DNA from: Gammaproteobacteria bacterium
GTDB lineage: Bacteria > Pseudomonadota > Gammaproteobacteria > SG8-11
DNA: 52,186 nucleotides
Reading direction: 5' to 3'
NCBI GenBank assembly: GCA_013151345.1
Contig: JAADIM010000119.1
Coordinates: 1 to 52,186 of the forward strand
Translations under genes and position numbers: made by a program
Shown here: positions 35,318 to 47,547 of the stretch, piece by piece
How the letters are laid out: the number at the start of each line of letters is the position of its first letter
Numbering within the stretch: position 1 is the first letter of the stretch
The notes under the pieces: generated by a model
Databases searched by the model: none
What the model saw: the letters and a program-made list of their open reading frames with translations, nothing else
Told to the model about the DNA's origin: nothing

Positions 35318-36628
35318 CTAAACTGCGTCGAGTTTACGCATTCCGTTAGGTAAAAGCCGCATATCTGCCATCGAGGATAAAAACGCCTTTATAAAGGTGG
35401 CGTCATCCTCATAAACCATTTTGTAGTATTGTATTTTCATGGTCAAAGCGCTTCCAAAAACGATGGCTGCAAAAGCGATAAATGAACCCAACGCGAGGGT
35501 AGATATGCCTGTTACTGCCTGACCAATAGTACAACCCAACGCGAGAATTCCACCGATCCCCATGAGAATACCGCCTACGAAATGATTGACAAAATCTCGG
35601 CCCGATGCAAACCATTCAATGCGGAACCCTTTTGAAATAATCGCCCATAGAAATGACCCAATAATCACACCAAATACCGCAACTACACCAAAAGTAAGAT
35701 ATAAATTCTCAAACCCATTCACTCCATAACGCAGAACCTGGCCTATTGGATTAATAAAAGTAAACGATTGCACACCTACATCACGTGGCCGGTCGTCGTC
35801 TTCATACATACTCCAAACATCATCACTCGTATAGTCAGTCCAGCTAAACATTTCATCTTCTTGATTTACACTCACCAATGAGGCGGTAACGAACCAGGCA
35901 CCGACCACAGCCAGCCCAACAACTGATCCCCCCAATACATTATCAAAACTACCTCGAAAATCGATAGATTTAAGAGTTATAACTAGTAAAATCAATGCAA
36001 TCAGGCTTCCTGCAATTAAGCGTATCGAGGCTGAATCCGCGTCCATGAGCCCACCCAGCACGCTACCGATATCTTGTTGGGTGGTTAATGAGACATTAAG
36101 CGGGTTAGTCCAGGAATAAAAAACTTCCGAATAAATTGTTTTATCCGTGCCAGGAAACGGATTTAGCATGAAATAAGCACAAACGGCTATTACTAAAAAC
36201 ACCATGATCGATTTTATGTTTCCACCGCCAATACGAATCAGCGTTTTATTACCACAACCACTTCCCAGCGTCATACCAATGCCAAACATCACGCCGCCAA
36301 TTATATATTCTAACCAGGCGAAATTTGATCCTCTATAAGGAGGGCGCGTTACATCAACACTGGCAACACCCGTCGTCTCTAATACCATAACGCCTATAAT
36401 CGCAATGAGCATAGCGAAAAGCCAGGCACGCATACGTCCAGTGTCACCAATGTTAACCAAGTCAGAAACCGCACCCATTGTACAAAAATTTGTTTTATTG
36501 ACTACCGCACCCATAATTATCGCAATGATAAAAGTCAGTCCCAGGACAAGCAGGTGAGCCTCTGAAAAACTATCATATGTCATAGTAAAACCTCGTTCAA
36601 TTGGGTGGGTATAATATCGCTCAAACAT
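35318..36628 (-). CDS. YeeE/YedE-family sulfur-compound (thiosulfate-type) transporter
   Basis: 436-aa multi-TM ORF with two conserved Cys motifs, GSGCGNKT and ALGCTIGQ. The start may be the internal MTYDSF. Confidence 0.75.
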   Translation of the reverse strand: MFERYYTHPIERGFTMTYDSFSEAHLLVLGLTFIIAIIMGAVVNKTNFCTMGAVSDLVNIGDTGRMRAWLFAMLIAIIGVMVLETTGVASVDVTRPPYRGSNFAWLEYIIGGVMFGIGMTLGSGCGNKTLIRIGGGNIKSIMVFLVIAVCAYFMLNPFPGTDKTIYSEVFYSWTNPLNVSLTTQQDIGSVLGGLMDADSASIRLIAGSLIALILLVITLKSIDFRGSFDNVLGGSVVGLAVVGAWFVTASLVSVNQEDEMFSWTDYTSDDVWSMYEDDDRPRDVGVQSFTFINPIGQVLRYGVNGFENLYLTFGVVAVFGVIIGSFLWAIISKGFRIEWFASGRDFVNHFVGGILMGIGGILALGCTIGQAVTGISTLALGSFIAFAAIVFGSALTMKIQYYKMVYEDDATFIKAFLSSMADMRLLPNGMRKLDAV

Positions 36629-36775
36629 GAATTGGACGATAATAGATATTTTTTATCCTTACATACCAATTAGTTAGACAAACATCTACTTGATGCCTAA
36701 GTATAGAAATTATATAACAATATACTAATATGCATATGCATTTTTCGTGCAAATATGAAAAAAAAGCAAAAAAAT

Positions 36776-36800
36776 ACCGGAGTAAACTCCGGTCTTTTTT
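36776..36800. terminator. Bidirectional rho-independent terminator after rplQ
   Basis: The stem accggag-taaa-ctccggt is flanked by an A run upstream and ctttttt downstream. Confidence 0.8.
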
Positions 36801-36868
36801 CGTTTCGTTTATAACTAAACTGTAATAAAAAAGATTATACTATTCCTTCCTGGCTTAAGCACAAAGGC

Positions 36869-37303
36869 TTAATTTGCCACAGCTTCTTTCTCTACTTTAC
36901 TATCCTTTTTATTACTCACATGACCACTCACATTGTGGTCAGCTACATTTCGATCGACTAACTCAACATAAGCCATCGGGGCATTATCACCTGTACGATA
37001 ACCACATTTAAGAATCCGCAAATAACCACCAGGTCGTTCTTTCAAACGCGGACCGAGATCTACAAACAACTTTGTAACAATTTCTCTATCACGCAGCCGG
37101 GAAAAGGCTAATCGTCGGTGTGCAACGCTATCTTCTTTTGCAATCGTAATAAGTGGCTCAGCAACGCGTCGCAGCTCTTTGGCTTTAGGTAGTGTTGTTT
37201 TAATAATTTCATGACGAAACAGCGAAGTCGCCATATTTTTAAACATCGCCTTACGATGACTTGAATTACGATTTAATTGTCGACCTGATTTCTTATGTCG
37301 CAT
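36869..37303 (-). CDS. rplQ: 50S ribosomal protein L17
   Basis: [24 protein letters not shown]... is the conserved L17 N-terminus. It is the last gene of the alpha operon and has a C-terminal extension. Confidence 0.97.
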   Translation of the reverse strand: MRHKKSGRQLNRNSSHRKAMFKNMATSLFRHEIIKTTLPKAKELRRVAEPLITIAKEDSVAHRRLAFSRLRDREIVTKLFVDLGPRLKERPGGYLRILKCGYRTGDNAPMAYVELVDRNVADHNVSGHVSNKKDSKVEKEAVAN

Positions 37304-37483
37304 TACACCTGTCCTATAACAAATTCTAACAAATCACTTAACTCTACCATAGCCTTTAAAAACAGCTTTTAAAAACAACCGCTAAAAAAACTTTACACAA
37401 TAAGTTTCGAAAAAATCAGAGCTTCCCTAACAAGACGTCTCTAATTGCTTTCTAATAACTGCCTTAACATCTTCTCAAATTAA

Positions 37484-38482
37484 TTAAGCAGAAATCCGAT
37501 CAAGTTCCTTCAAGCTCGGAGGCGGCCATTTTTCCAGTCGCATACCTAATGCCAGGCCTCTGGAAGCGAGCACATCCTTAATTTCAGTCAATGACTTCTT
37601 CCCCAGATTAGGTGTTTTAAGTAGTTCCACTTCTGTTTTCTGGATCAAATCACCAATATAATAGATCTGCTCTGCCTTGAGACAATTTGCAGAGCGAACC
37701 GTTAACTCCAGATCGTCAACCGGACGTAACAAAACTGGATCAATTTCCTCTTCTTCTACTACCGGCTCTTCCTCTCGACTCTGAAGATCAACAAATGTAG
37801 ATAGCTGATCTTGAAGTATAGTCGCGGCGCCTCTAATAGCCTGTTCCGGGTCAATCGTGCCATTAGTTTCCAATTCAATAACCAATTTATCCATATCCGT
37901 TCGTTGTTCTACACGCGCAGCTTCCACAACATACGCAACACGTCGAATAGGACTATATGAAGCATCCATTTGCAAATGACCAACGGTACGGTCAGCCCCG
38001 CTCTCTGCTAATCTTACTGTTGAAGGCTGGTAACCACGGCCACGAACTACTTTTAATGTCATATTTAATTCACCAGCGTCAGTCAAATTCGCCACAACAT
38101 GACCCGGGTTTACTATTTCAACATCGTGATCTAGTGTTATGTCACCTGCGGTAACAATACCTGGACCCTTTTTATTTAGTGATAACGTCACTTCATCACG
38201 CCCGTGCATACGAATTGCAAGATCCTTAAGGTTTAAGATGATGTTGATTACATCCTCTTGAACTCCTTCAATCGCGCTATATTCATGAAGCACATTATCT
38301 ATTTCAACTTCCGTCACCGCGCAACCACTCATAGACGACAATAATATGCGTCGAAGTGCATTTCCTAATGTATGCCCAAAACCACGCTCTAATGGCTCTA
38401 ACGTCACCTTGGCGTGATTGTCACCTAATACTTGGACATTAACTAAACGAGGTTTTAATAAATCTGATACAAAGGCCTGCAT
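37484..38482 (-). CDS. rpoA: DNA-directed RNA polymerase subunit alpha
   Basis: 332-aa ORF with LKPRLV...[23 protein letters not shown]. Operon position fits. Confidence 0.97.
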   Translation of the reverse strand: MQAFVSDLLKPRLVNVQVLGDNHAKVTLEPLERGFGHTLGNALRRILLSSMSGCAVTEVEIDNVLHEYSAIEGVQEDVINIILNLKDLAIRMHGRDEVTLSLNKKGPGIVTAGDITLDHDVEIVNPGHVVANLTDAGELNMTLKVVRGRGYQPSTVRLAESGADRTVGHLQMDASYSPIRRVAYVVEAARVEQRTDMDKLVIELETNGTIDPEQAIRGAATILQDQLSTFVDLQSREEEPVVEEEEIDPVLLRPVDDLELTVRSANCLKAEQIYYIGDLIQKTEVELLKTPNLGKKSLTEIKDVLASRGLALGMRLEKWPPPSLKELDRISA

Positions 38483-38688
38483 GCGATATCTCCGGTAAAC
38501 GAGATGATTTCAACTAAATTAATTAATTTGATTAAAAGTTTTATACTTTCTGACAGAAAATATAAAAAAAGTTTTTATAAATAATCTGTAAAACTCATAA
38601 ATAACTAACTGTAAACTTACTAGCTGTTAACTTATCTAGTTAACTTAGTCTAGTAAAAAAAGCAAAAGCAACAGACGCGGTTGCCTAT

Positions 38689-39315
38689 TTATTTAGAATA
38701 AAGTTCCACAATTAGATGCTCATTAATTTCTGGCGGCAACTCGCTGCGTTCAGGTCGGGCTTTATACGTACCAGACATACTCTTCGCATCTACATCAATC
38801 CAATCAACAAGTCCCCTTTGTTGTGCAGCTTCAATGGCAGCTTTAACTCTTAGCTGAGCTCGGCTTTGCTCATTGATTGCGACAACACTTTCTGGAGAGA
38901 GCTGAAAAGATGGAATAGTGACAATTTTGTTGTTAACGGTAACCGCTTTATGTCTGATAAGCTGGCGAGCTTCGTTACGAGAAACACCGAATCCCATTCG
39001 ATAAACGACGTTATCCAATCTTGATTCAAGTAATTGCAATAAGTTTTCACCTGTTGCACCTTTACGACTATCTGCTTTTACATAATAGAGTCTAAATTGA
39101 CCTTCTAAAATACCGTAAGTTCTACGCAATTTTTGTTTCTCGCGTAATTGTGATGCATATTCAGATGCGCGGCTCCGCCTTTGACCATGTTGCCCAGGTG
39201 GAAACGCACGTTTTTCAAACGGACATTTACTTGTGTAGCACTTTTCACCCTTGAGAAAAAGCTTACTTCCTTCTCGGCGACATAAACGACATTTTGGTCC
39301 AATGTATCTAGCCAA
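38689..39315 (-). CDS. rpsD: 30S ribosomal protein S4
   Basis: [16 protein letters not shown]...; 208 aa. Confidence 0.97.
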   Translation of the reverse strand: MARYIGPKCRLCRREGSKLFLKGEKCYTSKCPFEKRAFPPGQHGQRRSRASEYASQLREKQKLRRTYGILEGQFRLYYVKADSRKGATGENLLQLLESRLDNVVYRMGFGVSRNEARQLIRHKAVTVNNKIVTIPSFQLSPESVVAINEQSRAQLRVKAAIEAAQQRGLVDWIDVDAKSMSGTYKARPERSELPPEINEHLIVELYSK

Positions 39316-39346
39316 CTCTCTATTCTCCAGAAACCATTTTTTAAAA

Positions 39347-39386
39347 CTTAAGTTTGAAGCTTAAGTTTGAAACTTAAGTATTCGAA
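39347..39386. repeat. Tandem repeat, 13-bp unit, 3 copies, in the rpsK-rpsD spacer
   Basis: cttaagtttgaag / cttaagtttgaaa / cttaagtattcgaa. Confidence 0.85.
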
Positions 39387-39426
39387 CAAAGTATAATTTA
39401 AAACAAATATCTCTCATAAATTGAAA

Positions 39427-39816
39427 TCAAACACGGCGTCTTTTAGGTGGACGACATCCGTTGTGAGGAATTGGAGTCACATCAGCAATATTAGTGACTT
39501 TAAAACCCTGAGAATTTAATGCCCGAACTGCAGATTCACGCCCTGGACCTGGTCCTTTAACAAAAACTTCAAGATTTTTCATTCCCATTTCTTTAACAGC
39601 ATTACCCACTTTTTCAGATGCGACCTGTGCTGCAAACGGTGTGCTCTTTCTCGAACCGCGAAAACCACATCCACCTGCAGTTGCCCAAGCCAAGGTGTTT
39701 CCCTGTCGGTCTGAAATGGTTACGATGGTGTTATTAAATGACGCATGTATATGTGCCACACCGTCAACAACATTCTTTTTTTCTTTTTTACGAACACGAG
39801 TTTGTGTTTTTGCCAT
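39427..39816 (-). CDS. rpsK: 30S ribosomal protein S11
   Basis: 129-aa ORF with [22 protein letters not shown]. Confidence 0.97.
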   Translation of the reverse strand: MAKTQTRVRKKEKKNVVDGVAHIHASFNNTIVTISDRQGNTLAWATAGGCGFRGSRKSTPFAAQVASEKVGNAVKEMGMKNLEVFVKGPGPGRESAVRALNSQGFKVTNIADVTPIPHNGCRPPKRRRV

Positions 39817-39878
39817 AATTTACTCTATTTAATCTATTTTCTTAGCTAAAATAAGTACTTGTTAAGCACTTGGTTTGG

Positions 39879-40235
39879 TTACTTTCGAACCATACGACGT
39901 GGGCCCTTACGAGTTCGGGCATTGGTTTTAGTACGCTGCCCTCGAACTGGCAACCCCCGGCGATGCCGGATTCCACGGTAACAACCTAAATCCATCATAC
40001 GTTTTATATTTAGCGCTACTTCACGTCTAAGGTCACCTTCAACTTGAAACTTAGCAACAGTATTTCGCAACGCTTCAATTTCGGATTCACTCAAATCCTT
40101 AATCTTGGTGCTTGGGTTAATACTTGCACCTGAACAAATTTTACGAGCACGACTTACACCCACCCCATAAATCGCCGTTAACGCTATAACAGCATGTTTC
40201 TGAACAGGTATATTTATGCCAGCTATACGGGCCAT
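39879..40235 (-). CDS. rpsM: 30S ribosomal protein S13
   Basis: [10 protein letters not shown]...; 118 aa. Confidence 0.97.
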   Translation of the reverse strand: MARIAGINIPVQKHAVIALTAIYGVGVSRARKICSGASINPSTKIKDLSESEIEALRNTVAKFQVEGDLRREVALNIKRMMDLGCYRGIRHRRGLPVRGQRTKTNARTRKGPRRMVRK

Positions 40236-40260
40236 TTAAGCCTTACTCCTTAATTTTTGC

Positions 40261-40338
40261 AAAAAGTCGTCACAAAAAAGTCTTTACAAAAAGCTCTCAC
40301 AAAAAGCTTTAAAAAAGTCTTCACAAAAAAATCTTCAA
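40261..40338. repeat. Tandem repeat, 12-14-bp unit, ~6 copies (caaaaag(t/c)(c/t)tt.a) upstream of rpsM
   Basis: caaaaagtcgtca / caaaaaagtcttta / caaaaagctctca / caaaaagcttta / aaaaagtcttca / caaaaaaatcttca. Confidence 0.85.
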
Positions 40339-40531
40339 ATCTGCATCAACAAAAATGTCTAAAATCTTGAACCCGACATTCCTTAATAATTCCGTTACGC
40401 ACACGCGATGACCGTAACCGCGGAATGTTAATGGTTTAACTAAACAAAATCAAGTAATTATCTAAGCTATTATCTTACCAAAGCGTCGAATTAAGCGTCC
40501 TCTATCGAACTCTATCGAAATAACAAAAAAC

Positions 40532-40645
40532 TTAACCTTGTCTTTGCTTATGCCTGGCTTCAGGGCAAATAACCCTTAAAACACCATTTCGGCGTACCAT
40601 CTTGCACTTACGACATAGCTTTTTAACAGATGCACGAACTTTCAT
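40532..40645 (-). CDS. rpmJ: 50S ribosomal protein L36
   Basis: This ORF is not in the track because it is under 60 aa. The minus strand encodes [37 protein letters not shown], located between secY and rpsM. Confidence 0.93.
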   Translation of the reverse strand: MKVRASVKKLCRKCKMVRRNGVLRVICPEARHKQRQG

Positions 40646-40676
40646 ACTATAACCTCAATTTATATGTGTATCATGA

Positions 40677-42002
40677 TTACTTCAATTTTGCTTTTTTCAT
40701 CAGTCCATCATACTGATGCGACATCAAATGCGCCTGAATCTGTGCCATGAAATCCATCACTACAACAACAATAATAAGTAACGATGTTCCACCGAAATAA
40801 AATGGCACGTTCCAATAAATAATCAAAAACTCTGGTAACAAACACACCGCAGTAATATAAGCAGCACCCCAAAGTGTTAATTTGGACATGACCGTATCAA
40901 TATACTTTGCTGTTTGATCGCCCGGTCGAATCCCTGGAATGAACGCACCAGAACGTTTCAAATTATCTGCAGTATCTTGTGGCTTAAACACTAACGCAGT
41001 ATAAAAGAAACAGAAAAATATAATTGCAGCTGCATATAACATCACATACAGCGGTTGGCCAGGGGCCAGAGTCGACGCGATATCCTTCATCCAACCCATG
41101 CCTTCGGTGCTACCAACCCAACCTCCGAGCGTTGCTGGAAATAAAATAATACTCGAAGCAAAAATGGGCGGTATCACACCTGCCATGTTCACTTTTAGAG
41201 GCAAGTGACTTGTTTGCCCAGCATACATCTTGCGTCCTTGTTGCCGTTTAGCGTAATTAACCGTTATACGCCGTTGTCCTCGCTCCATAAAAACGACAAA
41301 AGCAGTCACTGCCATAGCCAATGCAAACAAAAACAACACCATTATCGCATTGAGTTCACCAATACGCGCTAACTCTAAAGTACCACCAATAGCAGAAGGA
41401 AGGCCCGCTACAATCCCGGCAAAGATGATGATGGATATACCATTACCGATTCCTCTTTCCGTTACTTGCTCACCAAGCCACATCAAGAACACAGTTCCGG
41501 TCACTAACGTAACAACAACCGTAAATACAAACAATGGCCCTGGATTAATCACTACCTGGGCACCGCCAACCTGCTGCCCTTGTAAGGCTATCGCCACTCC
41601 GATGGCTTGAAAAGTCGCGAGTCCGACTGTGCCATAACGGGTATATTGGGTTATTTTCCGACGACCCGCTTCACCTTCTTTTTTAAGCTGTTCAAGTGAC
41701 GGAACCACGACTGCCAATAGCTGCATAATAATTGATGCGGATATGTATGGCATGATGCCAAGCGCAAACACCGATAATCGCTGCATTGCACCACCGGAGA
41801 ACATGTTAAACATGTCCAGTATGGTGCCCTTTTGCTGTTCGAATAACGCAGTGAATGTTTCTATGTTAATGCCAGGCACAGGGATAAATGTACCAATTCT
41901 ATATACGATAAGCGCGACCAGTACGAATAAAAGCCGATGTTTCAATTCACTAAGTTTGCCGCCGCCTAACGCGCCAGCTATTGCTGATCTACTGGCAGCC
42001 AC
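40677..42002 (-). CDS. secY: Preprotein translocase subunit SecY
   Basis: 441-aa 10-TM ORF at the conserved position at the end of the spc operon. Confidence 0.97.
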   Translation of the reverse strand: MAASRSAIAGALGGGKLSELKHRLLFVLVALIVYRIGTFIPVPGINIETFTALFEQQKGTILDMFNMFSGGAMQRLSVFALGIMPYISASIIMQLLAVVVPSLEQLKKEGEAGRRKITQYTRYGTVGLATFQAIGVAIALQGQQVGGAQVVINPGPLFVFTVVVTLVTGTVFLMWLGEQVTERGIGNGISIIIFAGIVAGLPSAIGGTLELARIGELNAIMVLFLFALAMAVTAFVVFMERGQRRITVNYAKRQQGRKMYAGQTSHLPLKVNMAGVIPPIFASSIILFPATLGGWVGSTEGMGWMKDIASTLAPGQPLYVMLYAAAIIFFCFFYTALVFKPQDTADNLKRSGAFIPGIRPGDQTAKYIDTVMSKLTLWGAAYITAVCLLPEFLIIYWNVPFYFGGTSLLIIVVVVMDFMAQIQAHLMSHQYDGLMKKAKLK

Positions 42003-42005
42003 TGT

Positions 42006-42440
42006 TTAATCCTCGATCTTTCCGCCAGCAGCCAAAATTGCAGCACTAGCTCCTTTTGTCACTGCTATACCACGCAATTGAACTGGTTTTTCTATCTGCC
42101 CAGACGCGATCACTTTTACCCGTTTGATATGGTGTCCGACAATTTTCGCTGTTTTTAACGCTAACAAATCAATAACGTCGCTTTCAACCTTGGCTAATTC
42201 ATGTAATCGAACTTCAGCGTATTCACGTTTTGTGCGTGAGCTAAACCCAATTTTTGGCAAACGGCGTTGTAACGGCATTTGACCACCTTCAAAGCCAATT
42301 TTGGGCAACCCGCCTGAACGCGATTTTTGTCCCTTATGACCGCGGCCGCAGGTTTTACCCAAGCCAGAACCAATACCACGACCGACTCGTTTTGCAGTGA
42401 ACTTTGAACCTTCTGCAGGCTTAATCGTATTCAAATGCAT
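42006..42440 (-). CDS. rplO: 50S ribosomal protein L15
   Basis: [12 protein letters not shown]... aligns with the canonical L15 start (ATG 42440). The track ORF starts 5 codons earlier. Confidence 0.95.
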   Translation of the reverse strand: MHLNTIKPAEGSKFTAKRVGRGIGSGLGKTCGRGHKGQKSRSGGLPKIGFEGGQMPLQRRLPKIGFSSRTKREYAEVRLHELAKVESDVIDLLALKTAKIVGHHIKRVKVIASGQIEKPVQLRGIAVTKGASAAILAAGGKIED

Positions 42441-42441
42441 C

Positions 42442-42642
42442 TTAAACGTCCTCAACCTTGACCATATATGAAACTTTATTTGCCATTCCGCGCGTACAAG
42501 CGGTATCTTCTACTATGGCACTTTGGCGAATTTTTCTTAACCCAAGTCCGTGTACACAGGCCTTATGCGCAGCTAACTTTCCGTAAACACTTTTAAGCTG
42601 AGTAACTTTCATTTGCTTTTTAGACGTTTCATTCTTTGTCAT
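42442..42642 (-). CDS. rpmD: 50S ribosomal protein L30 (start ambiguous: 42642 or 42612)
   Basis: ...[49 protein letters not shown]. Confidence 0.93.
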   Translation of the reverse strand: MTKNETSKKQMKVTQLKSVYGKLAAHKACVHGLGLRKIRQSAIVEDTACTRGMANKVSYMVKVEDV

Positions 42643-42660
42643 AATAGTTTGCCGTAACTG

Positions 42661-42725
42661 TTGTCTTAACTTATTTGTCTTATTTGTCCTAACTTATTGC
42701 TTGCCTTCGTTGTCTTAACTTAAGT
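42661..42725. repeat. Degenerate tandem repeats (ttgtcttaactta core) in the rpsE-rpmD spacer
   Basis: ttgtcttaacttat / ttgtcttat / ttgtcctaacttat / ... / ttgtcttaacttaag. Confidence 0.8.
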
Positions 42726-42745
42726 AGCAGTCTGAGTGTACTCAG

Positions 42746-43258
42746 TTATTCCAGGATGTCTTTTACAGATTTACCACGTTTAGCCGCGATATCTTCAGGC
42801 GAAGCCATATTTTTCAAGCCACCCATCGTCGCCCTTACTACGTTTACCGGATTACTTGTGCCAATACACTTTGCAAGTACATCATGGACACCAACTGCCT
42901 CAAATATTGCACGCATAGGTCCTCCAGCAATAATACCCGTACCTTCAGATGCCGGTTTCATAAATACCTTCGCAGCCCCGTAATTCGCTATCATTGAATA
43001 TTGTAACGTACCGCCATTTAAGCTGACATTAAACATATTCTTGCGCGCATTTTCCATCGCTTTTTGCACAGCTAATGGCACTTCGCGAGCTTTTCCTCGA
43101 CCGAAGCCGACCTTCCCCTTGCCATCACCTATAACAGTCAACGCGGAAAACCCGAACTGGCGTCCACCCTTTACTACTTTAGCAACACGCCGAATATTGA
43201 TTAACTTTTCAATCAAATCATCGCTTTTTCCAGAATCTCTTGAATTGCCGACTGCCAT
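42746..43258 (-). CDS. rpsE: 30S ribosomal protein S5
   Basis: 170-aa ORF with [34 protein letters not shown]. Confidence 0.97.
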   Translation of the reverse strand: MAVGNSRDSGKSDDLIEKLINIRRVAKVVKGGRQFGFSALTVIGDGKGKVGFGRGKAREVPLAVQKAMENARKNMFNVSLNGGTLQYSMIANYGAAKVFMKPASEGTGIIAGGPMRAIFEAVGVHDVLAKCIGTSNPVNVVRATMGGLKNMASPEDIAAKRGKSVKDILE

Positions 43259-43369
43259 TTTATTACCCTTTAAAATAGTTAACTGTTAAAACCCTATCGC
43301 TTTAATCCATTGCCCTAATAATAGCCTATTTGTTATTCTAATAAACTAGAGCTATTGAGACCAAATAAA

Positions 43370-43723
43370 CTAGAATTCCAAGCCACTTTCACGTGCAGCA
43401 TCCGCCAACGCCTTAATTCTTCCATGATACCTAAAGCCCGACCTGTCAAATGCGACCTTGTTAATACCTGCGTTTTTTGCGCGCTCGGCTAATGCTTTTC
43501 CGACTACGCTAGCCGCACTAATATTTCCGCTATACTTAATATCACCTTTAACCTGGCTATCCAAGGTACAGGCGCTGGCTAATACATTACTACCAGTTGA
43601 ATCAATAATTTGCGCGTAAATATGTTTTGGTGTTCGAAAAACAGTAAGCCGATTTACGCCAAGGTCTCTTATTTTTGCCCTTGTTCGCTTTGAACGTTTG
43701 ATACGTGATGTTTTTTTTTCCAT
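43370..43723 (-). CDS. rplR: 50S ribosomal protein L18
   Basis: 117-aa ORF with [17 protein letters not shown]...[21 protein letters not shown]. Confidence 0.97.
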   Translation of the reverse strand: MEKKTSRIKRSKRTRAKIRDLGVNRLTVFRTPKHIYAQIIDSTGSNVLASACTLDSQVKGDIKYSGNISAASVVGKALAERAKNAGINKVAFDRSGFRYHGRIKALADAARESGLEF

Positions 43724-43794
43724 ACTCTGTTACCCGTTACCCAATAATTAATCAGACTTAATAAGCTGAACCTAAAAATTAGTGTGTTTAGTAC

Positions 43795-44328
43795 TTATTT
43801 TTTCTTGGCTTCTTTTCTGACAATAATTTCATCAGAATAACGCACGCCTTTACCTTTATAGGGTTCAGGTGGACGATAGGCCCTAATATTTGCTGCGACT
43901 TGTCCAACTTTTTGCTTATCAATACCTTTAACCAAAACCTCTGTTTGACTGGGCGTTTCAATAGATACACCCTCAGGCACTGTGAAATCTACCGGATGCG
44001 AAAAACCCAAAGTTAAATTCAAGACATTTCCTTTTGTTTGCGCACGATAACCAACACCCACAAGTTCCAGCTTTTTTTCAAAACCCTGGCTGACGCCGGT
44101 CACCATATTATTAACAATCGCTCTGGTTGTTCCAGAAAGCGCATTTGCCAGAATGCTGCTATTTAGCGCTTTCACTTTTAAGGTTTTGTCTTCCTGTTCA
44201 ACACTGATATCTGAATTAATATCAAACTGTAACGAACCCTTGGCGCCCTTGACCGTTATAGATTGCCCGTTCAAGTTAACCTCAACGCCAGACGGCAGTG
44301 TAATCGGTGCATTTCCAATTCTAGACAT
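43795..44328 (-). CDS. rplF: 50S ribosomal protein L6
   Basis: [17 protein letters not shown]...; 177 aa. Confidence 0.97.
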   Translation of the reverse strand: MSRIGNAPITLPSGVEVNLNGQSITVKGAKGSLQFDINSDISVEQEDKTLKVKALNSSILANALSGTTRAIVNNMVTGVSQGFEKKLELVGVGYRAQTKGNVLNLTLGFSHPVDFTVPEGVSIETPSQTEVLVKGIDKQKVGQVAANIRAYRPPEPYKGKGVRYSDEIIVRKEAKKK

Positions 44329-44340
44329 ATCTAAATTCCA

Positions 44341-44733
44341 TCACTGTACGTAACAAATAACTTCACCACCGTGACCTACTTTTCTTGCAGCACGTTCGGT
44401 CATAATTCCTGCTGAAGTAGATACCACTGCGATACCAAGCCCGCCAATTACCTTAGGTAATTCATTTTTGTTTCTATATATTCGCAAGCCAGGTCGGCTA
44501 ACCCGAGATATCTTTGATATAACTGCTTTACCGTTATAATACTTAAGCTTGATTGTTAATATGGGTTTGACTTCCTTAGTGGCTGAAAAATCGCTAATAT
44601 AACCCTCATCTTTAAGTACCGTCGCAATGGCCATCTTCACTTTAGACGAAGGCATTGTAACTTCCACCATATTGGCAGTTAGGCCATTCCTGACACGTGT
44701 CAGCATATCCGCTATTGGATCACTCATACTCAT
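44341..44733 (-). CDS. rpsH: 30S ribosomal protein S8
   Basis: [17 protein letters not shown] matches the canonical S8 start (ATG 44733). The track ORF has a spurious 15-codon extension. Confidence 0.96.
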   Translation of the reverse strand: MSMSDPIADMLTRVRNGLTANMVEVTMPSSKVKMAIATVLKDEGYISDFSATKEVKPILTIKLKYYNGKAVISKISRVSRPGLRIYRNKNELPKVIGGLGIAVVSTSAGIMTERAARKVGHGGEVICYVQ

Positions 44734-44746
44734 ACATTTATATCCT

Positions 44747-45052
44747 CTACCAACTCGCCTTAACCAGACCAGGCACATCGCCCCGCATGGCGGCTTCCCG
44801 CAGTTTATTGCGGCTTAGTCCAAATTTACGATAATAGCCATGTGGGCGTCCGGTAATTCGACATCGATTCCGTAAACGACTTGGACTTGCGTTGCGCGGC
44901 AACGCCTGAAATATCGCCTGAGCTGCTTCACGCTCTTCATCACTGAGATTCATATTGCTAATCTTCGCTTTTAAGTCAGCACGTTTAGCAGCATATTTTT
45001 TTACCGTACGAATGCGTTTTGCTTCACGATTAATAATTGCAAGCCTGGCCAT
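44747..45052 (-). CDS. rpsN: 30S ribosomal protein S14
   Basis: 101-aa ORF ending ...[23 protein letters not shown]. Confidence 0.97.
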   Translation of the reverse strand: MARLAIINREAKRIRTVKKYAAKRADLKAKISNMNLSDEEREAAQAIFQALPRNASPSRLRNRCRITGRPHGYYRKFGLSRNKLREAAMRGDVPGLVKASW

Positions 45053-45057
45053 GAATT

Positions 45058-45609
45058 CTATATACCCTTTAACGATCTCAGTGGAAAATTAAACGCGGCA
45101 AGTAAATCGCGCGCTTCACTATCAGTTTTTGCTGTAGTCACAATGGTGATATCCATGCCACGCAATTTATCAATCTTGTCATAGTCTACTTCAGGAAATA
45201 CTATTTGTTCCTGTACACCCATGCTGTAGTTGCCACGCCCATCAAACGACTTCGCGTTCAATCCTCGAAAATCCCTGATACGGGGAATCGCTATACTAAT
45301 TAACCGATCAAAAAACTCATACATGCGGTCTCTGCGTAATGTTACTTTACAACCGATAGGCCAACCTTCACGTACCTTAAATCCTGCAATCGATTTGCGA
45401 GCAAGGGTGACAACAGGTTTCTGCCCGGCGATCTTTGCCATGTCACCCACAGCACTGTCCAGGACTTTTTTATCGGTCAACGCGTCACCTACACCCATAT
45501 TGAGTGTGATTTTTGTCAGTCGCGGTACTTCCATCAGGCTTTTATAGCCATTTTTTTCGACTAACTGACCAATAATTTCTTTTCTATAAATCTCTCTAAG
45601 TCTTACCAT
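45058..45609 (-). CDS. rplE: 50S ribosomal protein L5
   Basis: [12 protein letters not shown]...[14 protein letters not shown] aligns with the canonical L5 start at ATG 45609. The track ORF starts at 45621. Confidence 0.96.
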   Translation of the reverse strand: MVRLREIYRKEIIGQLVEKNGYKSLMEVPRLTKITLNMGVGDALTDKKVLDSAVGDMAKIAGQKPVVTLARKSIAGFKVREGWPIGCKVTLRRDRMYEFFDRLISIAIPRIRDFRGLNAKSFDGRGNYSMGVQEQIVFPEVDYDKIDKLRGMDITIVTTAKTDSEARDLLAAFNFPLRSLKGI

Positions 45610-45643
45610 CGCTTTAACCAACTTGTCCTAATTTACACATATC

Positions 45644-45698
45644 TAATAAAGAGTTAATAAAGAGTTAATAAAGAGTTAATAAAGAGCTAATATTAAGC
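45644..45698. repeat. Tandem repeat, 11-bp unit, 4-5 copies (taataaagagt) in the rplX-rplE spacer
   Basis: taataaagagt occurs three times, followed by taataaagagc and taatattaagc. Confidence 0.92.
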
Positions 45699-45733
45699 CC
45701 AGCTAAAAATCTAGCCTGACTCTTAATTAATAG

Positions 45734-46051
45734 TTAAACATCTACTACTTCATTGTTTGATTTAAAATAACGGACTTTCTTGCCATCTTCCAATATTCTA
45801 AAACCGACGCGATCACCCTTTTTTGTTACAGGATTAAATATTGCAACATTCGATATTGCTATAGGCAAATCTTTATCAATAATCCCACCCGTTACACCCG
45901 CATTCGGGTTTGGCTTGGTGTGTCGCTTGACTGTATTTATACCTTCAACGATAGCGCGATGATTCTCAAGAACACGCAATACACTGCCGCGTTTACCCTT
46001 ATCTTTACCGCACATAACGATAACATCATCACCTTTTTTTATCTTTTCCAT
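45734..46051 (-). CDS. rplX: 50S ribosomal protein L24
   Basis: [22 protein letters not shown]...; 105 aa. Confidence 0.97.
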   Translation of the reverse strand: MEKIKKGDDVIVMCGKDKGKRGSVLRVLENHRAIVEGINTVKRHTKPNPNAGVTGGIIDKDLPIAISNVAIFNPVTKKGDRVGFRILEDGKKVRYFKSNNEVVDV

Positions 46052-46150
46052 CTTTCTTACCTAAAAAATAGCACTTAAAAAGTTTACCTAAAATAGTGGG
46101 CCAAAACTGGCCTATACAGAACCCCAAAAACTAAGCCTTAAAAGCGGCGC

Positions 46151-46519
46151 TTATAAAACTTCTGGTGCAAGAGAAATAATTCTCATAAATTTTTCTGATC
46201 TCAATTCGCGTGTCACCGGTCCGAATATCCGCGTACCGATAGGCTGCAATTGATTATTTAATAAAACTGCTGCGTTGCCATCAAACCGAATCAATGAACC
46301 ATCTGCTCGACGTACCCCTTTACGAGTGCGTACGACGACAGCGTTATAGACCTCACCCTTCTTTACTTTACCGCGAGGGATTGCTTCCTTAACACTAACC
46401 TTAATAATATCACCAATATTGGCGTATCGTCGGTGTGAACCACCTAGCACCTTGATACACATCAAGTTTCGAGCGCCACTATTATCTGCCGCCGTTAAAT
46501 TAGATTGCATTTGAATCAT
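46151..46519 (-). CDS. rplN: 50S ribosomal protein L14
   Basis: [28 protein letters not shown]...; 122 aa. Confidence 0.97.
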   Translation of the reverse strand: MIQMQSNLTAADNSGARNLMCIKVLGGSHRRYANIGDIIKVSVKEAIPRGKVKKGEVYNAVVVRTRKGVRRADGSLIRFDGNAAVLLNNQLQPIGTRIFGPVTRELRSEKFMRIISLAPEVL

Positions 46520-46786
46520 TTAGCTAACCTTCTCTATTATTTTAACTAAGCGCCAAGTTTTACTTTTTGAAATCGGGCGAGTCTCTACTACAGAAACTAA
46601 ATCGCCTTCCTGACATTCATTATTTTCATCGTGCGCGTGTAACTTTGAAGATCTTTTCACATATTTCCCGTACAGAGGGTGACGAACCTTTCGTTCAATC
46701 AATACAGTAACGGTCTTGTCCATCTTATTGCTCACCACACGACCTTGAATAGTCCGTTGTGCACTTGATTGAGCTTGCTCTGTCAT
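46520..46786 (-). CDS. rpsQ: 30S ribosomal protein S17
   Basis: 88-aa ORF with [18 protein letters not shown]. Confidence 0.97.
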   Translation of the reverse strand: MTEQAQSSAQRTIQGRVVSNKMDKTVTVLIERKVRHPLYGKYVKRSSKLHAHDENNECQEGDLVSVVETRPISKSKTWRLVKIIEKVS

Positions 46787-47005
46787 TTACGCACTACCTT
46801 TGTCTTTGCCTGAAATTGGCGTTGATATCTCATTTATGATTGTTTTGACTCGTGCAATATTTCGACCAACCGTTTTGAATTGGCTAGGTTTGGATAATTG
46901 CCCAGTACCTTTTTGCATACGCAAATTAAACTGTTCGCGCAACAAACCAGCAAGTTCATCGTTTAATTCGGTTAAATTCTTTTTTCTTAATTCGTTATTT
47001 TTCAT
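46787..47005 (-). CDS. rpmC: 50S ribosomal protein L29
   Basis: 72-aa ORF with [25 protein letters not shown]. It has a short C-terminal extension. Confidence 0.95.
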   Translation of the reverse strand: MKNNELRKKNLTELNDELAGLLREQFNLRMQKGTGQLSKPSQFKTVGRNIARVKTIINEISTPISGKDKGSA

Positions 47006-47047
47006 AAAATCAAAGCCATAAAATTAAAGCCATAAAATCATAGCTAT
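47006..47047. repeat. The rplP-rpmC spacer consists entirely of a 14-bp unit in 3 copies
   Basis: aaaatcaaagccat / aaaattaaagccat / aaaatcatagctat. The last copy touches the rplP stop codon. Confidence 0.9.
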
Positions 47048-47460
47048 TACATTAATGTTCGCGTTATAAATGTAGTTTTAAGTGGTAATTTAGCAGCCGC
47101 TAAACGAAAAGCTTCACGAGCTATTTTCTCAGAGACGCCTTCCATTTCATACAACATGCGTCCGGGCTGAATCTGTGCTACCCAGTATTCAACATTACCT
47201 TTACCTTTACCCTGCCTAACTTCAAGCGGCTTTTTGGAAATAGGCTTGTCCGGAAAAATGCGAATCCAGATTTTACCGCCGCGCTTAATATAACGCGTCA
47301 TTGCCCGTCGAGCAGCCTCTATTTGACGCGCTGTTATACGCCCCCTTGCATCTGCCTTCAATCCATATTCGCCAAAACTGACTTTATTACCTACAGTAGC
47401 CAGCCCACGATTACGGCCTTTCATTTGCTTGCGAAACTTGGTTCTTTTCGGTTGTAACAT
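47047..47460 (-). CDS. rplP: 50S ribosomal protein L16
   Basis: [19 protein letters not shown]...; 137 aa. Confidence 0.97.
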   Translation of the reverse strand: MLQPKRTKFRKQMKGRNRGLATVGNKVSFGEYGLKADARGRITARQIEAARRAMTRYIKRGGKIWIRIFPDKPISKKPLEVRQGKGKGNVEYWVAQIQPGRMLYEMEGVSEKIAREAFRLAAAKLPLKTTFITRTLM

Positions 47461-47547
47461 GAGTAAAACCCTACACTACGTTTATTCTATAAAATTCAGA
47501 AAAAGCTAACACATCAATCACATCTATATACTTATTTTGTAACAGGT

